This document shows positions 20,108-31,379 of a stretch of 64,000 nucleotides of DNA, in pieces. Source of the DNA: an uncultured Clostridia bacterium (GTDB lineage Bacteria > Bacillota > Clostridia > TANB77 > CAG-508); NCBI GenBank assembly GCA_934130085.1, contig CAKOXK010000001.1, positions 7,288-71,287 of the forward strand. The letters run 5' to 3'. Both the position numbers and the translations under genes were made by a program. A model generated the notes under the pieces. The model searched no databases, was not told the DNA's origin, and saw only the letters and a list, made by a program, of their open reading frames with translations. Positions within the stretch are counted from its first letter, which is position 1; the number at the start of each line of letters is the position of its first letter.

Positions 20108-21118
20108 ATGAAACTATTTGATTTTACTTCAAAAGACATAGGAATAGACCTTGGAACTGCTAATATATTAGTAAGTTTAAAAGGACAAGGAATAATCTTA
20201 AGAGAGCCATCAGTAGTTGCAATTGATAGCATTTCAGGTGATATTTTAGCAACCGGAAAAGAAGCAAAAGAAATGCTTGGTCGCACTCCAGAAAAAATAA
20301 AAGCAATAAAACCGATGAAGAATGGAGCAATCGCTGACTTTACGGCCACAAGCCTCATGCTGAAAAATATAATAAAAAAAGTTAACAAAAAATACAATAT
20401 AGGAAAGCCAAGGATAGTAGTTGGAATACCATCAGGAATCACAGAAGTCGAAGAACGTGCAGTACAAGAAGCCTTCTTTCAGAGCGGAGCAAGAGAAGTA
20501 TATCTTGTGAAAGAACCAATGTGTTCAGCAATCGGAGCATCATTAAATGTACTAGATGCAACAGGCAACATGATTGTTGATATAGGAGGAGGAACATGTG
20601 AAGTAGCAGTAATTTCACTTGGAGGAATAGTAGCATGCACATCAATAAAAACGGCAGGAAATGCAATAGATGAAGCAATTGTTGACTCATTAAAGAAAAA
20701 TCAAAACTTGTCAATAGGATTGGCTAACGCAGAAAATCTGAAAATAGAATTAGGATCTGCAGAAACCCTAGTAACAGAAATTTCAAAAGAAATTAGGGGG
20801 AGAGATATTGACACAGGCCTTCCAAGAAATGTATCAATAACTTCTAAACAAATAGAAAAGGCAATGAAAAAGCCAATTCAAGAAATCCTAGAAGCAATAG
20901 TACAAACACTATCAGAAACACCACCAGAGTTAGTATCAGATATAATGGAAAATGGAATATATCTAGCAGGTGGAGGAGCATTGATAAAAAATCTTGATAA
21001 CTTAATTGCACAAAAAATAGGAGTACAAACATTTATAGCCGACACTCCACTTGATTGCGTTGCAATTGGGACAGGAAAGATAATAGAAAACTTTGAAAAA
21101 TATAAAAGAGTAATATAA
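20108..21118 (+). CDS. mreB: Rod shape-determining protein MreB (actin-like ATPase)
   Basis: 336 aa. IGIDLGTANI... canonical MreB N-terminus and length. Confidence 0.95.
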   Translation: MKLFDFTSKDIGIDLGTANILVSLKGQGIILREPSVVAIDSISGDILATGKEAKEMLGRTPEKIKAIKPMKNGAIADFTATSLMLKNIIKKVNKKYNIGKPRIVVGIPSGITEVEERAVQEAFFQSGAREVYLVKEPMCSAIGASLNVLDATGNMIVDIGGGTCEVAVISLGGIVACTSIKTAGNAIDEAIVDSLKKNQNLSIGLANAENLKIELGSAETLVTEISKEIRGRDIDTGLPRNVSITSKQIEKAMKKPIQEILEAIVQTLSETPPELVSDIMENGIYLAGGGALIKNLDNLIAQKIGVQTFIADTPLDCVAIGTGKIIENFEKYKRVI

Positions 21119-21276
21119 AAAACAATTTAAATTAATTTTAATATAGATGTAGATAAAAATTTATTAATCAGTCAAATATCAAATGGCTAATATAGAAAAT
21201 CATAAAACAAAAATAAAAATGCAAAAGTATATGATAAAAGTATATGATAAAATTATATGAAAGGAGTCAATAGTTA

Positions 21277-22098
21277 ATGAGAAGAAACAGTAGCAAAACA
21301 AGCACCATAGGCATAATAATAACAGCAGTAGTGCTAGTAATAATAATAATAATATCAAATATTGGAACAAACCAACTACAAGCCGTACAAACCGGGGCAA
21401 ATAAAATATTTATGCCAGTACAAAGTGCATTTGTATACATAAAAAATAAACTAACTGGAAACACAGAAGAACAATCAAATATTGACTCGCTAAAAAAAGA
21501 AAACTCAGAACTCAGAGAAGAAAACAAAGACCTAAAAGAAGCAAAAAGAGAACTAGAAATATTAAAATCAGAAAACAACACATTAAAAGAGTACCTAAAC
21601 CTAAAAAACAAGTATGCAGATTATGAAACAACACCAGCTTACGTAATAGAACGTACATACTCAAACTATGACAAGATACTAGTAATAAATGTAGGAAAAA
21701 ATGATAACATAGAAGTAAACATGCCTGTAATTTCAGAATCAGGACTTGTAGGGCATGTAATATCAGTAACAGACAAGACGGCGAAGGTTCAAACAATAAT
21801 AGATACAGCCAGCACAGTCAGTGCAAGTATATCAACATCATCACAAAGCATACTAATAAAAGGAACAATATCAAACACAAAAGCACTTAAAGCAACAAGC
21901 ATACCAGCAGAAGCAACTGTCTTACAAGGAGATGAAGTTGTAACATCTGGACTTGGTGGAATATATCCTAAAGGAATATTAATAGGAACAATAAAAGAAG
22001 TAGTTAACACTAAAAATGAAGTTGACAGATACTGTAACATACAAACAGCAACAGATTTTGACGCACTATCAACATTACTAGTAATAACCAAAACATAA
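21277..22098 (+). CDS. mreC: Rod shape-determining protein MreC
   Basis: 273 aa. N-terminal TM, coiled-coil (ENSELREENKDLKE...), C-terminal beta domains. Position between mreB and mreD. Confidence 0.8.
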   Translation: MRRNSSKTSTIGIIITAVVLVIIIIISNIGTNQLQAVQTGANKIFMPVQSAFVYIKNKLTGNTEEQSNIDSLKKENSELREENKDLKEAKRELEILKSENNTLKEYLNLKNKYADYETTPAYVIERTYSNYDKILVINVGKNDNIEVNMPVISESGLVGHVISVTDKTAKVQTIIDTASTVSASISTSSQSILIKGTISNTKALKATSIPAEATVLQGDEVVTSGLGGIYPKGILIGTIKEVVNTKNEVDRYCNIQTATDFDALSTLLVITKT

Positions 22099-22241
22099 TA
22101 AAGCAAATAACATAACCAATCAATTAATACAAAAAAGCTAATAATAAAACTAATAACACACTAATAATCATAAACGAGATGAACACGTAAATAAAAAAAT
22201 AGCAATCAAATCGTTGAAGAAACAAGAAAAAGGAGTTTAAT

Positions 22242-22775
22242 TTGAAAAAAGCCAGAAGCATATTAATAATACTACTATTATTCATAGTAACATATTTTTT
22301 ACAAATAAATATATTTTCTTGGTTCAACATAGCAGGAATAATGCCAAACCTATTTGTAATACTTGTATTATTTATAGGTCTATTTGTTGGTGAAAAAATT
22401 GGAGTAATATCAGGACTACTATTTGGCTTAATACTAGATTTATTACTAGGAAAAACAGTAGGTTTCTCAAGCGCACTTCTTGCAATAATAGGTTATTTAG
22501 GAGAATACTTTGACAAAAATTTTTCAAAAGATAGTAGAATAACAATAATAATAATAAGTATGATTAGCACAATACTCTACGAAATTGGAATGTATATAGT
22601 TAACATAGTAAAATTCAAAGCAAACATAGAAATACCTACATTTATAGTAACACTATTGATTGAAAACTTATTCAACACATTACTACTAATAATAATATAT
22701 CCATTAATGAAGAAACTAGGATACTATCTAGAAGAAAGCTTTAAAAAAAGAAATTTTCAAACAAGATATTTTTAA
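22242..22775 (+). CDS. mreD: Rod shape-determining protein MreD
   Basis: 177-aa polytopic membrane protein directly after mreC. Confidence 0.7.
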   Translation: MKKARSILIILLLFIVTYFLQINIFSWFNIAGIMPNLFVILVLFIGLFVGEKIGVISGLLFGLILDLLLGKTVGFSSALLAIIGYLGEYFDKNFSKDSRITIIIISMISTILYEIGMYIVNIVKFKANIEIPTFIVTLLIENLFNTLLLIIIYPLMKKLGYYLEESFKKRNFQTRYF

Positions 22776-22919
22776 AGCTAAAATCATCTAATTAACACAT
22801 TGTTTTAATAAGTGTTTATTAAATAATTAAGAATAATTAAACTCAAAGAAATGTTGTAAACACTCAATAAAATTCATAATTATTTAATTAAGCAAAAAAT
22901 AGGAGAAGGAGGTCAAAAA

Positions 22920-24983
22920 TTGAAAGATAAAGATAAATCAAAAATAAGATTTAATCTTGTAACAGCACTGGTTTACATTGTTGGAATAATCATCTTAATA
23001 AAATTATTTGACCTTCAAATAGTTCATGGAGAAGAATACAGAGAACAATCAAACACAAGACTAACTAGAGAAACAACATTAAAAGCAGCTAGAGGCAACG
23101 TACTAGATTCAAGTGGAAACAAACTTGTTTCCACATCTATTACATATAATGTGGAAATCTATAAAACAAAAGTAGATACAAAAACACTAAATGATGGATT
23201 ATTATTACTTGCTAAAACATTAGAAGAAAACAATGATACATACATAGACAAATTCCCAGTAACCGTAAATCCATACTCATTTAAAGAAGGAGTAAATTCC
23301 GAAACATTCAAAAAAACAAATTCCTTATCTCAAGACCTAACCCCAGAAGGCGTATTTGAATACTACAAAAAGCGTTATAAAGTTGAGAATGATAATGTTG
23401 AAGATGCAAGAAGAATAATAGCATTAAGATATGCCATAGAGCAAAATGGTTATTCAAACATAAAAGCACTAAAACTCGCATCAAACATATCAAATGCAAG
23501 CTTTGCAAAAATAAATGAGATGTCATCAAGCTTTCCAGGAATAAGTACATACAGTGAACCTACAGTTTCATATCCATATAAAGAACTTGCCTCTCATATT
23601 TTAGGTTACGTAGCACCAGTTACTCAAGATGACTTAGCAAAAGATTCATCCTATGAACAAAATGATGTCATAGGAAGGACGGGAATTGAAAAAGCATTTG
23701 ATAAATATCTAAAAGGCGTAGACGGAATAAAGCAAGTAGACATGTCTGTTGATGGACAAGTTACTGATGAATATGTATCAAAAGAAGCACAAGCAGGTTC
23801 AGATGTTGTACTTACAATTGATGCAGAGCTACAGAAAAAAACGGAAGAAGCACTAGAAAGTACAATCAATAGCATCCAAGGAATGGTATCAGGTAGATAT
23901 GAAAAGCCTGAAGAGGGCTCGGCCGTAGTACTAAACGTAAAAACAGGTGAAGTTCTAGCAATGGCAAGCTATCCAAACTATGATCCATCGTTATTTATTG
24001 GAGGAATAAGCCAAGAAAACTGGAACAACTACTTAAATGACTCAAGGCATGTTCTAGTAAATAAAGCAATCTCTGATAAATCTGCTCCAGGATCAACCTT
24101 CAAAATGGTTACCGCAATAGCTGGAATAGAATCAGGGGCAATAGATACAAAAACAAAAATAAATGACACTGGAAGATATACGTATTACAAGGACTATCAG
24201 CCATATTGCTGGTTACGATCAGGACACGGATGGCAAAACGTAACACAGGCAATAGAACACTCATGCAACTATTTCTTCTACGAAACTGGAAGAAGAGCAG
24301 GAATAGATGAATTAGTAAGAGTTGCAAAAAGTTTTGGCTTAGGCTCAAAAACAGGCATTGAATTACCAGGAGAAATATCAGGAACACTTGCATCACAAGA
24401 AACAGAATCAGAATGGACAGGTGGAAAAACAATACAAGCAGCAATAGGCCAATTAAACAATGATTTTACACCACTACAAATGGCAAAATACACAGCAATG
24501 ATAGCAAACGGAGGAAAGAACATAGACATAACAATAGTAAAATCAATAAAAAATTCAAACGGTACAGAAGCATCAAGAAACGAAATTGACAACTACATCA
24601 AAGAAAAACTTGGAGTAGACCCTAACTCAGGCTCAGACTTAACAATATCAGAAGAAGACCTAAACGCGATAAAAGATGGCATGAAAGGTGTAACTAGTGA
24701 TGAAGGAGGAACTGCACACTCAGCATTTGCAAACTTCAACATAGAAGTAGGAGGAAAAACAGGTTCGGCATCCACAAGAAATGGAAATGCAAATGCATGG
24801 TTTGTGGGATTTGCACCATTTGACAACCCGGAAATTGCAATAGCTGTATACGTAAAAAATGGTCAACACGGAAACTACACCGCGCCAGTAGCACGTGAAA
24901 TATTTGCACAATATTTAGGAATGAACTCAGCATCAATAACAGAAGATATGCAAGCACTATCAGAGGCACAAGGAATATACTAG
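22920..24983 (+). CDS. mrdA: Class B penicillin-binding protein 2 (transpeptidase), MrdA-like
   Basis: 687 aa. N-terminal TM anchor, PBP dimerization region, STFK (SxxK) active-site motif and downstream transpeptidase motifs. Follows mreD. Confidence 0.85.
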   Translation: MKDKDKSKIRFNLVTALVYIVGIIILIKLFDLQIVHGEEYREQSNTRLTRETTLKAARGNVLDSSGNKLVSTSITYNVEIYKTKVDTKTLNDGLLLLAKTLEENNDTYIDKFPVTVNPYSFKEGVNSETFKKTNSLSQDLTPEGVFEYYKKRYKVENDNVEDARRIIALRYAIEQNGYSNIKALKLASNISNASFAKINEMSSSFPGISTYSEPTVSYPYKELASHILGYVAPVTQDDLAKDSSYEQNDVIGRTGIEKAFDKYLKGVDGIKQVDMSVDGQVTDEYVSKEAQAGSDVVLTIDAELQKKTEEALESTINSIQGMVSGRYEKPEEGSAVVLNVKTGEVLAMASYPNYDPSLFIGGISQENWNNYLNDSRHVLVNKAISDKSAPGSTFKMVTAIAGIESGAIDTKTKINDTGRYTYYKDYQPYCWLRSGHGWQNVTQAIEHSCNYFFYETGRRAGIDELVRVAKSFGLGSKTGIELPGEISGTLASQETESEWTGGKTIQAAIGQLNNDFTPLQMAKYTAMIANGGKNIDITIVKSIKNSNGTEASRNEIDNYIKEKLGVDPNSGSDLTISEEDLNAIKDGMKGVTSDEGGTAHSAFANFNIEVGGKTGSASTRNGNANAWFVGFAPFDNPEIAIAVYVKNGQHGNYTAPVAREIFAQYLGMNSASITEDMQALSEAQGIY

Positions 24984-25409
24984 AACAGACCTAAAAATAT
25001 AAAAACATCACAAAGTAAATAGTTTCAGCCAATAAAAAGATTTAATATTAAATTGTTCAAAATGACATTTAAGAGCTAAACATAGCAAGACTAAAATTTA
25101 CATTGCACACAAAATTCATTTCATGAATTTCTGCGTACGGAAAAATTTACTGAGAGATTAAAGATTTCTTCAGACTAGCTCTAATGCATTGAAAAAATAA
25201 TATTAAATCTTTTATTAGTATTTAAGATAACAAAACCATAAATAAAGCAATATATAATATTGAATCATCAACATGTTCAAAATAGAAAAACAATAGTAAA
25301 AGGACAATAATCAAATCATCCATATAAAAAGTAAAACCAAAAAGATGCACCCTATTAAGTTCATCTACTTGAAACAAATTGAAAATCATATCCATAAAAT
25401 CACCACCAT

Positions 25410-26063
25410 CTACTTCTGACTATTCATTTTATTCCAAAGTTCTGCCATTTTACCCATTCTAAAAAGCTTAACATACTCATCAATTTTTTCTTTTTTCTGA
25501 TTTCTTAAATAAGGCTTTAAAGCAAATAAAAGATTAGTTAAATCATCATCACTTTTTGAATTTAGCATTGACATCATTTTTTGAATATTCATCATAGTAT
25601 TAATGTCAAGACTTCCGTTATTAATATTGTTAATGTTACCACTGCCACTACTACTGCTACTATTACTATTACTATAACGGCTATTATTGGTGTTACTGTT
25701 ACTACTGCTATTGTTGCTACTATTGCTATTACAGTTGCTATAGCCATTGTTGTTACTATTGCTATTGTTATTGCCATTACTTTTAATGTTACTGCTTATA
25801 TGGCTACCATTGTGTTCTGCACTAATATTGTGGTCATTGTTATTTATGTCTGAATTTTTAATACTGTCAAAACCTTGAGAAAGATTACTATTCTTCATCA
25901 TGTTTTGCATCTCAGAAGGAATATTTCCATTTTTCATCATGTTTTGCATCTCAGAAGGAATATTTCCGTTTTTCATCATCTTTTGTATTTCAGGAGGCAC
26001 ATTCCCACTCTTTATCATATTCTGTGCTTTCATAAACATCTCATAAAAATTCTTCTCATCCAT
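25410..26063 (-). CDS. Asn/Ser-rich low-complexity protein with 3 tandem 12-aa repeats (NGNIPSEMQNMMK)
   Basis: Best start is M21 of track ORF 25410..26123 (RBS GGGAGGTTACCTA ATG). The 36-bp DNA repeats at ~25885-25995 encode the peptide repeats. Confidence 0.5.
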   Translation of the reverse strand: MDEKNFYEMFMKAQNMIKSGNVPPEIQKMMKNGNIPSEMQNMMKNGNIPSEMQNMMKNSNLSQGFDSIKNSDINNNDHNISAEHNGSHISSNIKSNGNNNSNSNNNGYSNCNSNSSNNSSSNSNTNNSRYSNSNSSSSSGSGNINNINNGSLDINTMMNIQKMMSMLNSKSDDDLTNLLFALKPYLRNQKKEKIDEYVKLFRMGKMAELWNKMNSQK

Positions 26064-26591
26064 TAGGTAACCTCCCAAAACAAAAAGTATAAATACTATT
26101 AAAAGATAAAGGCAAAGTAACATCTAAAAACAAAGATATGAGCAATATAAAAAGAATGCAGCCTAAAGCAAAATATGTTACAGCCCCAAAATTTACGAAA
26201 ATCAACCATTAACACTATTATTATATGATGCAAATTACAAAATGTTACTGCAATGTAATAAAAATATAATAAATTTATGAAAGGCCGAATTTCCGTAAAA
26301 AAGAAATAAAAGAAACGGGCAAAACAAAAGAGCTTTCAACTTGAAAAAACAATACAAACAAAGTAAGATTACAATAAGCCAAAATGTGGGTAAATGGCTT
26401 TAATAGACTAAAATACCAAACAAATCAGCCAGGAAAAATGCTAAGCAAAAAAATTAAACACAATTTCTGAAAATTAAACAGAATTTTAACTAAGAAAAGT
26501 GCGAAAAATAATGGTAAAAGCTTGAAATATCAATGGAATTGTTTTATAATAGAATTAGTTTATTATGTAAATAAAATCAAGGAGGATTATT

Positions 26592-29500
26592 ATGCAAATT
26601 AAAATTCAAAAAATGCTATCATTTATTGTTGTTTTATTGCTTGTGCTAGTAAACGCAATGCCAGTAATAAGCTATGCATCAGAGCAAGTAGTAGATAACA
26701 AAACATCAGAAGAAAACGTTGAATTTACTGCAAAAATAGATGGTTTAACTGATTCAAAAGCCGATCTATCAAGCACATTAAACTTAAACTTATCTGTAAA
26801 GGTATTAAATACAGGCTATATTAAAGATGCAAGTATTACTTTAGCAGATAATAATTATGTAGTATCTAGTGTTGATAACGAATATGTTAAAGAAATCAAA
26901 AATAGCACAATCGTATTAAATCAAATCAACGCAGGAAAAGAAGCAAAAATAAACTTACCAGTTAAATTACCTAAAACTGAAAAAGTAGCTGCCTTTGTAT
27001 TTGATAACACCTCAAAAATTACATTAAAAGCAATATATGTAAATGAGAAAGGTAAAGAAAAATCAATTACAAAAGTAGTTAATCAAAAACTTATATGGAC
27101 AAAAGATGATGCTAAAAATAAAGTATCTCAAAAACTAGTACGTTATTTAAAATACGATAAAACAAAAACAATGCTAACATTTGAAGTTACTGATGGAATA
27201 GTTGATAATGCAATTCCAATGTCATCAAAAGAAATAAGCATAGTAGTCCCACAATTAAATAAAAATGTACCTTCTAAAGTTATTTTCACAGAAGAAGGTT
27301 ATGAATCAAATTATAAAGATGGAATCTTCACAGTTACAAAGAAAAATGAAAAAGATTCAAACGGACAAATAAATTGGAACTCTGATTCTAAATTTGTAGT
27401 TACATATTTATATGATGTTCAAACAGCTGATAAAAATATTCAATCTGATATCACATCAAAAATAACAACAGTTCTAGGAAATGTACTTGAGGCAAAATCA
27501 GATACAAACACATACAGCATTGAAAGCCAAGTAGGAAGTATAGTTGAACTTTCTACAGAGTCTGAAAAAGAACTATCAAAAGGTTACATGTATACAAACC
27601 TTAATAAATCAGATGATAAACTTGAAACATCATATAATGAAAAATATACAATTGACCTAGGTTCTAGTGAACTTACAGATAAAGTTCAATTTGAAGAAAA
27701 AGAATCAGGCTTCTTAAATGAGAACGGAAAATTAGTAATAGAAGCTACTAACATGATTGAAACAAAATCAGTTTCAATTTCACAAGATAATTTAAGTAAA
27801 GTATTAGGAAATGATGGATATGTTAAGGTATTTGATACATCATCAAAAGAATTAGGAACATTATCAAAAGACAATTTAAAAATAGACCTAAAAGATCAAA
27901 CCAAAATTTTACTAGAAACATCAAAACCACAAGCTGAAGGAAAACTTGAACTAACATTTGCAAAAGCAATAAAAGGTGACTTGGGTCTATCAAAAGACCA
28001 AATTGGTCAAATAAAAATGCTTGCGACAAACGTAAATGTTAAGGGAATAAAAGCAAACACAGAAATATCAACAAAACTAGCACAAAATGTTATTAAGTTA
28101 AATGAACCAAAAACAACAGTAACATTAAAAACTTCAAAAGATGCGTTATCAACCGTTGTTGAAAATAAAGATGTAGTATTTAATATAGTACTAAATTCAA
28201 AAAAAGCTGAGAACAGATTATTTGAAAACCCTACATTAGAACTAACATTACCAGAAGAGGTTACATCAATTAATGTTACAGATGCAAAAGTTCTTTATGA
28301 TGATGAACTTACAGCTGGAACAATTAATATTGATGGTAGAAAAATTACATTAACACTAAACGGAAAACAAACGAAATATTCAGAATCAGCTTTAACAGAT
28401 GGAACATTAGTCAGAATAACAGCAGACTTAAAATTAAATGAGCTTGCAGCATCAAACAAAGAAAAGATTACATTAAATTATAAAAATGCATCTGATAATT
28501 CTGAAGGAACAGTTCAAGAAGATGTTGAAATAGTTGCACCAACAGGATTTGTTACAGCAAATACAGTATCTGATGAAAAGAACTCAACAACAGCAATTGA
28601 AAGTGAAGCTAAAAATATAGAAGTACAAGATCACACAAGCTCTAAAGAAATAAATGTTACAGGAACAATAGTAAACAACTTAGGAGAAGATGCATCAGGA
28701 GTTACAGTAGTAGGTGTATTCCCTTATGAAGGAAACAAATCACAAGAGGGAGTAGATTTAGGAACAAATGTAACAACAAATTTAACAAGCAAACTAAGTG
28801 TAGATGGACTTGAAAATGCAAAAGTATATTATTCAGAAGATGAAAATGCAACAGTAGATTCAAACACATGGAATGAAAATGCAACAACATCAGCAAAAGC
28901 ATACAAAATAACAACAGCTTCAAAACTTGCAAACAAAGCAAAAGCATCATTCTCATATAAAGTAGCATTACCACAAAACATGGATTATGCAAAAACAGCA
29001 AACCAAACTTATGGTGTATACTACAACAATAATTCAGAAGAAGGAACAAAACAAAACCTAGTACAGGCACAAAAAGCTGGAGCATCAACACCAAATGTAC
29101 CAGTAGTTAACATGACAGTATCTGCTGCAGATACAAATGAAGGCTATGCTATTTCAAATGGTGCAAATGTAACAGAAGGTGAAGAGGTAACATACAGAGT
29201 AAAAATAACAAACACAGGCTCAGAATCAGCAAAAAATGTAAAAGTAACAATGAATTTACCAGAAGGAATGTACTTTATAGATCATAAATATACTGACAAA
29301 ATTCTCATTAAACGTGATTATTATGCAATTTCAGAAGACAGAAGCAGAGTAACGCAAGTATCAGAGGTAGGACAAAATTCTACATCAGTAGTAGAATTTA
29401 AAGCAATAGTATTAAACTCTACACCTGATAAAGAACTTACAACAACATATAGTTTAACAGCTGATAACCTATCAAAAGCAAGTAACGCAACATTTACTAA

Positions 29501-31361
29501 TAAAGCTACAAAAGGAACTTTAAAAGCTAGATTAACAGCTAATAAGGCTGATAGTACAGTTACAAAAGATGATGAAATAACATTCTCATTAGAGTTAACT
29601 AATTTAACAAGTGACAAACAAAATAATGTAACAGCAACAATCGAGTTACCAGATGGAATGGAATATGTTGATAAAGAAGAAGTAATCAAAGCAATAAAAT
29701 CAAGTTTAGGCGAAAACACTGATGTTTCAAGTCTATCTTATCAATCAAATTATGATAGCAAAAAGAGAACACTAACTATCAATGTTGGAAGTATAGAAGC
29801 AGATAGAGATTATACAGCAGATATAAAAACAAAAATTACAGGTGATAAAACATCAAACCTAAAAGTACAAGCAAAAGTTAAGAGCGATGAAAATCAAACT
29901 GAAGTTAAATCTAATACAATGATTTTCAATGCAGTAGCAGGAACAACAGGAATTGAGGTAACACATACATCAAGCATAGGTTCAAACTCAGCAGTTGATA
30001 AAGATACATTTAATATTTACTTAGATATTAAAAATAACGGAGGAAAGAAAGAAAGTTTATTATTAACTGATAATATTCCAGAAAGACTACAAGTAAATAG
30101 TTATAAGCTTACAGTTGATGGAACAGAAATTGAAAGTGGAGAATCAAACTATATTGATGCAGTATTTGATTTAGATAATGGAAAATCAGCAAGACTTTCA
30201 ATTGTAGTAAAACCTAATACAATCGATGAAAATGAGACAGAAACATTTGAAATCACTCCAGAATTAACAACAACAGATGGTGATGAAATAAAAGTAAATA
30301 CATTATCAATCAAAGTTAAAGGTACTGGGGAGGTATCAGATGAATCAAATAGAAAATATGCAATAGCAGGTGTTGTATTTGAAGATGTGAACAACAATGG
30401 CAAAATAGATGAAGATGAAAAGAGATTTAGCAATATAACTGTAATGTTATTTGATCCCTCAACATCTAAAGTAGCAACAAACTCAAATGGAGAAGAATAC
30501 AAAACAACAACTGGAACAGAGGGAGATTATAGATTTAATGACCTACCAAGAGGAAACTATATTGTAGTCGCAAAATTTGATAACAAACAATATGGAGTTG
30601 GACTATACAAAGCTTCAGGAGTTGATGAAACAGAAAATATAGATTTTGTTTCAGCATCATTAAATAATGAGGAAGTTGCAGCATCAAATACAATTAAATT
30701 ACAGCAAAATGAATACAACATAGACTTAGGATTAGTTTCAAAAAATACATTTGATTTAAGCTTAAATAAATGCATTACAAAAATAACAGTAGCAAATTCT
30801 AAGAATGGTACAAAAGTATATAACTATGACAACACAAAAACAGCAAAAGTTGAACTTTCAACAAAAAATATTGAAAGTGACACATTATTAATAGAATACA
30901 AAATATCAGTTACAAACGAAGGTAAGGTAGAAGGATATGCAGATTCAATAGTTGATTATATACCAGAAGGATTAACATTTAATGCAGATTTAAACTCTAC
31001 ATGGTATATGAAAGATGGAAATGCATACAATCAAAGTTTAGCAAATACACTAATCAAACCAGGAGAAACTAAAGATTTAATATTAGTACTATCAAAGAAA
31101 ATGACAGGTGAAGACACAGGAACATATAATAACATTGCTGAAATTGCTTCATCATACAATGAGTATTCAATAAAAGATATTGATTCAACAGCCGGAAACA
31201 AGAAAGACGGTGAAGATGATTTATCAACAGCAGTAGCAGTAGTATTAATGAGCACTGGTAAAGAAGCAATATCAGTTGCAGGAATAACATTAGGAATACT
31301 TGCATTAGTAGGATTTGCAGTATTTGAAATAAAAAAACACATTATATCAAATAAAATATAA
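26592..31361 (+). CDS. Giant cell-surface protein (signal peptide, DUF11-type conserved repeat domains, SdrD/Cna-B-type domain, C-terminal TM anchor)
   Basis: 1589 aa. N-terminal signal peptide. DUF11 signature (VTEGEEVTYRVKITNTGSESAKNVKVTMNLPEGM). Cna-B-like module (AGVVFEDVNNNGKIDEDE...GDYRFNDLPRGNYIV). C-terminal hydrophobic anchor ITLGILALVGFAVF + KKH. Confidence 0.8.
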   Translation: MQIKIQKMLSFIVVLLLVLVNAMPVISYASEQVVDNKTSEENVEFTAKIDGLTDSKADLSSTLNLNLSVKVLNTGYIKDASITLADNNYVVSSVDNEYVKEIKNSTIVLNQINAGKEAKINLPVKLPKTEKVAAFVFDNTSKITLKAIYVNEKGKEKSITKVVNQKLIWTKDDAKNKVSQKLVRYLKYDKTKTMLTFEVTDGIVDNAIPMSSKEISIVVPQLNKNVPSKVIFTEEGYESNYKDGIFTVTKKNEKDSNGQINWNSDSKFVVTYLYDVQTADKNIQSDITSKITTVLGNVLEAKSDTNTYSIESQVGSIVELSTESEKELSKGYMYTNLNKSDDKLETSYNEKYTIDLGSSELTDKVQFEEKESGFLNENGKLVIEATNMIETKSVSISQDNLSKVLGNDGYVKVFDTSSKELGTLSKDNLKIDLKDQTKILLETSKPQAEGKLELTFAKAIKGDLGLSKDQIGQIKMLATNVNVKGIKANTEISTKLAQNVIKLNEPKTTVTLKTSKDALSTVVENKDVVFNIVLNSKKAENRLFENPTLELTLPEEVTSINVTDAKVLYDDELTAGTINIDGRKITLTLNGKQTKYSESALTDGTLVRITADLKLNELAASNKEKITLNYKNASDNSEGTVQEDVEIVAPTGFVTANTVSDEKNSTTAIESEAKNIEVQDHTSSKEINVTGTIVNNLGEDASGVTVVGVFPYEGNKSQEGVDLGTNVTTNLTSKLSVDGLENAKVYYSEDENATVDSNTWNENATTSAKAYKITTASKLANKAKASFSYKVALPQNMDYAKTANQTYGVYYNNNSEEGTKQNLVQAQKAGASTPNVPVVNMTVSAADTNEGYAISNGANVTEGEEVTYRVKITNTGSESAKNVKVTMNLPEGMYFIDHKYTDKILIKRDYYAISEDRSRVTQVSEVGQNSTSVVEFKAIVLNSTPDKELTTTYSLTADNLSKASNATFTNKATKGTLKARLTANKADSTVTKDDEITFSLELTNLTSDKQNNVTATIELPDGMEYVDKEEVIKAIKSSLGENTDVSSLSYQSNYDSKKRTLTINVGSIEADRDYTADIKTKITGDKTSNLKVQAKVKSDENQTEVKSNTMIFNAVAGTTGIEVTHTSSIGSNSAVDKDTFNIYLDIKNNGGKKESLLLTDNIPERLQVNSYKLTVDGTEIESGESNYIDAVFDLDNGKSARLSIVVKPNTIDENETETFEITPELTTTDGDEIKVNTLSIKVKGTGEVSDESNRKYAIAGVVFEDVNNNGKIDEDEKRFSNITVMLFDPSTSKVATNSNGEEYKTTTGTEGDYRFNDLPRGNYIVVAKFDNKQYGVGLYKASGVDETENIDFVSASLNNEEVAASNTIKLQQNEYNIDLGLVSKNTFDLSLNKCITKITVANSKNGTKVYNYDNTKTAKVELSTKNIESDTLLIEYKISVTNEGKVEGYADSIVDYIPEGLTFNADLNSTWYMKDGNAYNQSLANTLIKPGETKDLILVLSKKMTGEDTGTYNNIAEIASSYNEYSIKDIDSTAGNKKDGEDDLSTAVAVVLMSTGKEAISVAGITLGILALVGFAVFEIKKHIISNKI

Positions 31362-31379
31362 GAAAGGAGCAAACTTTAG

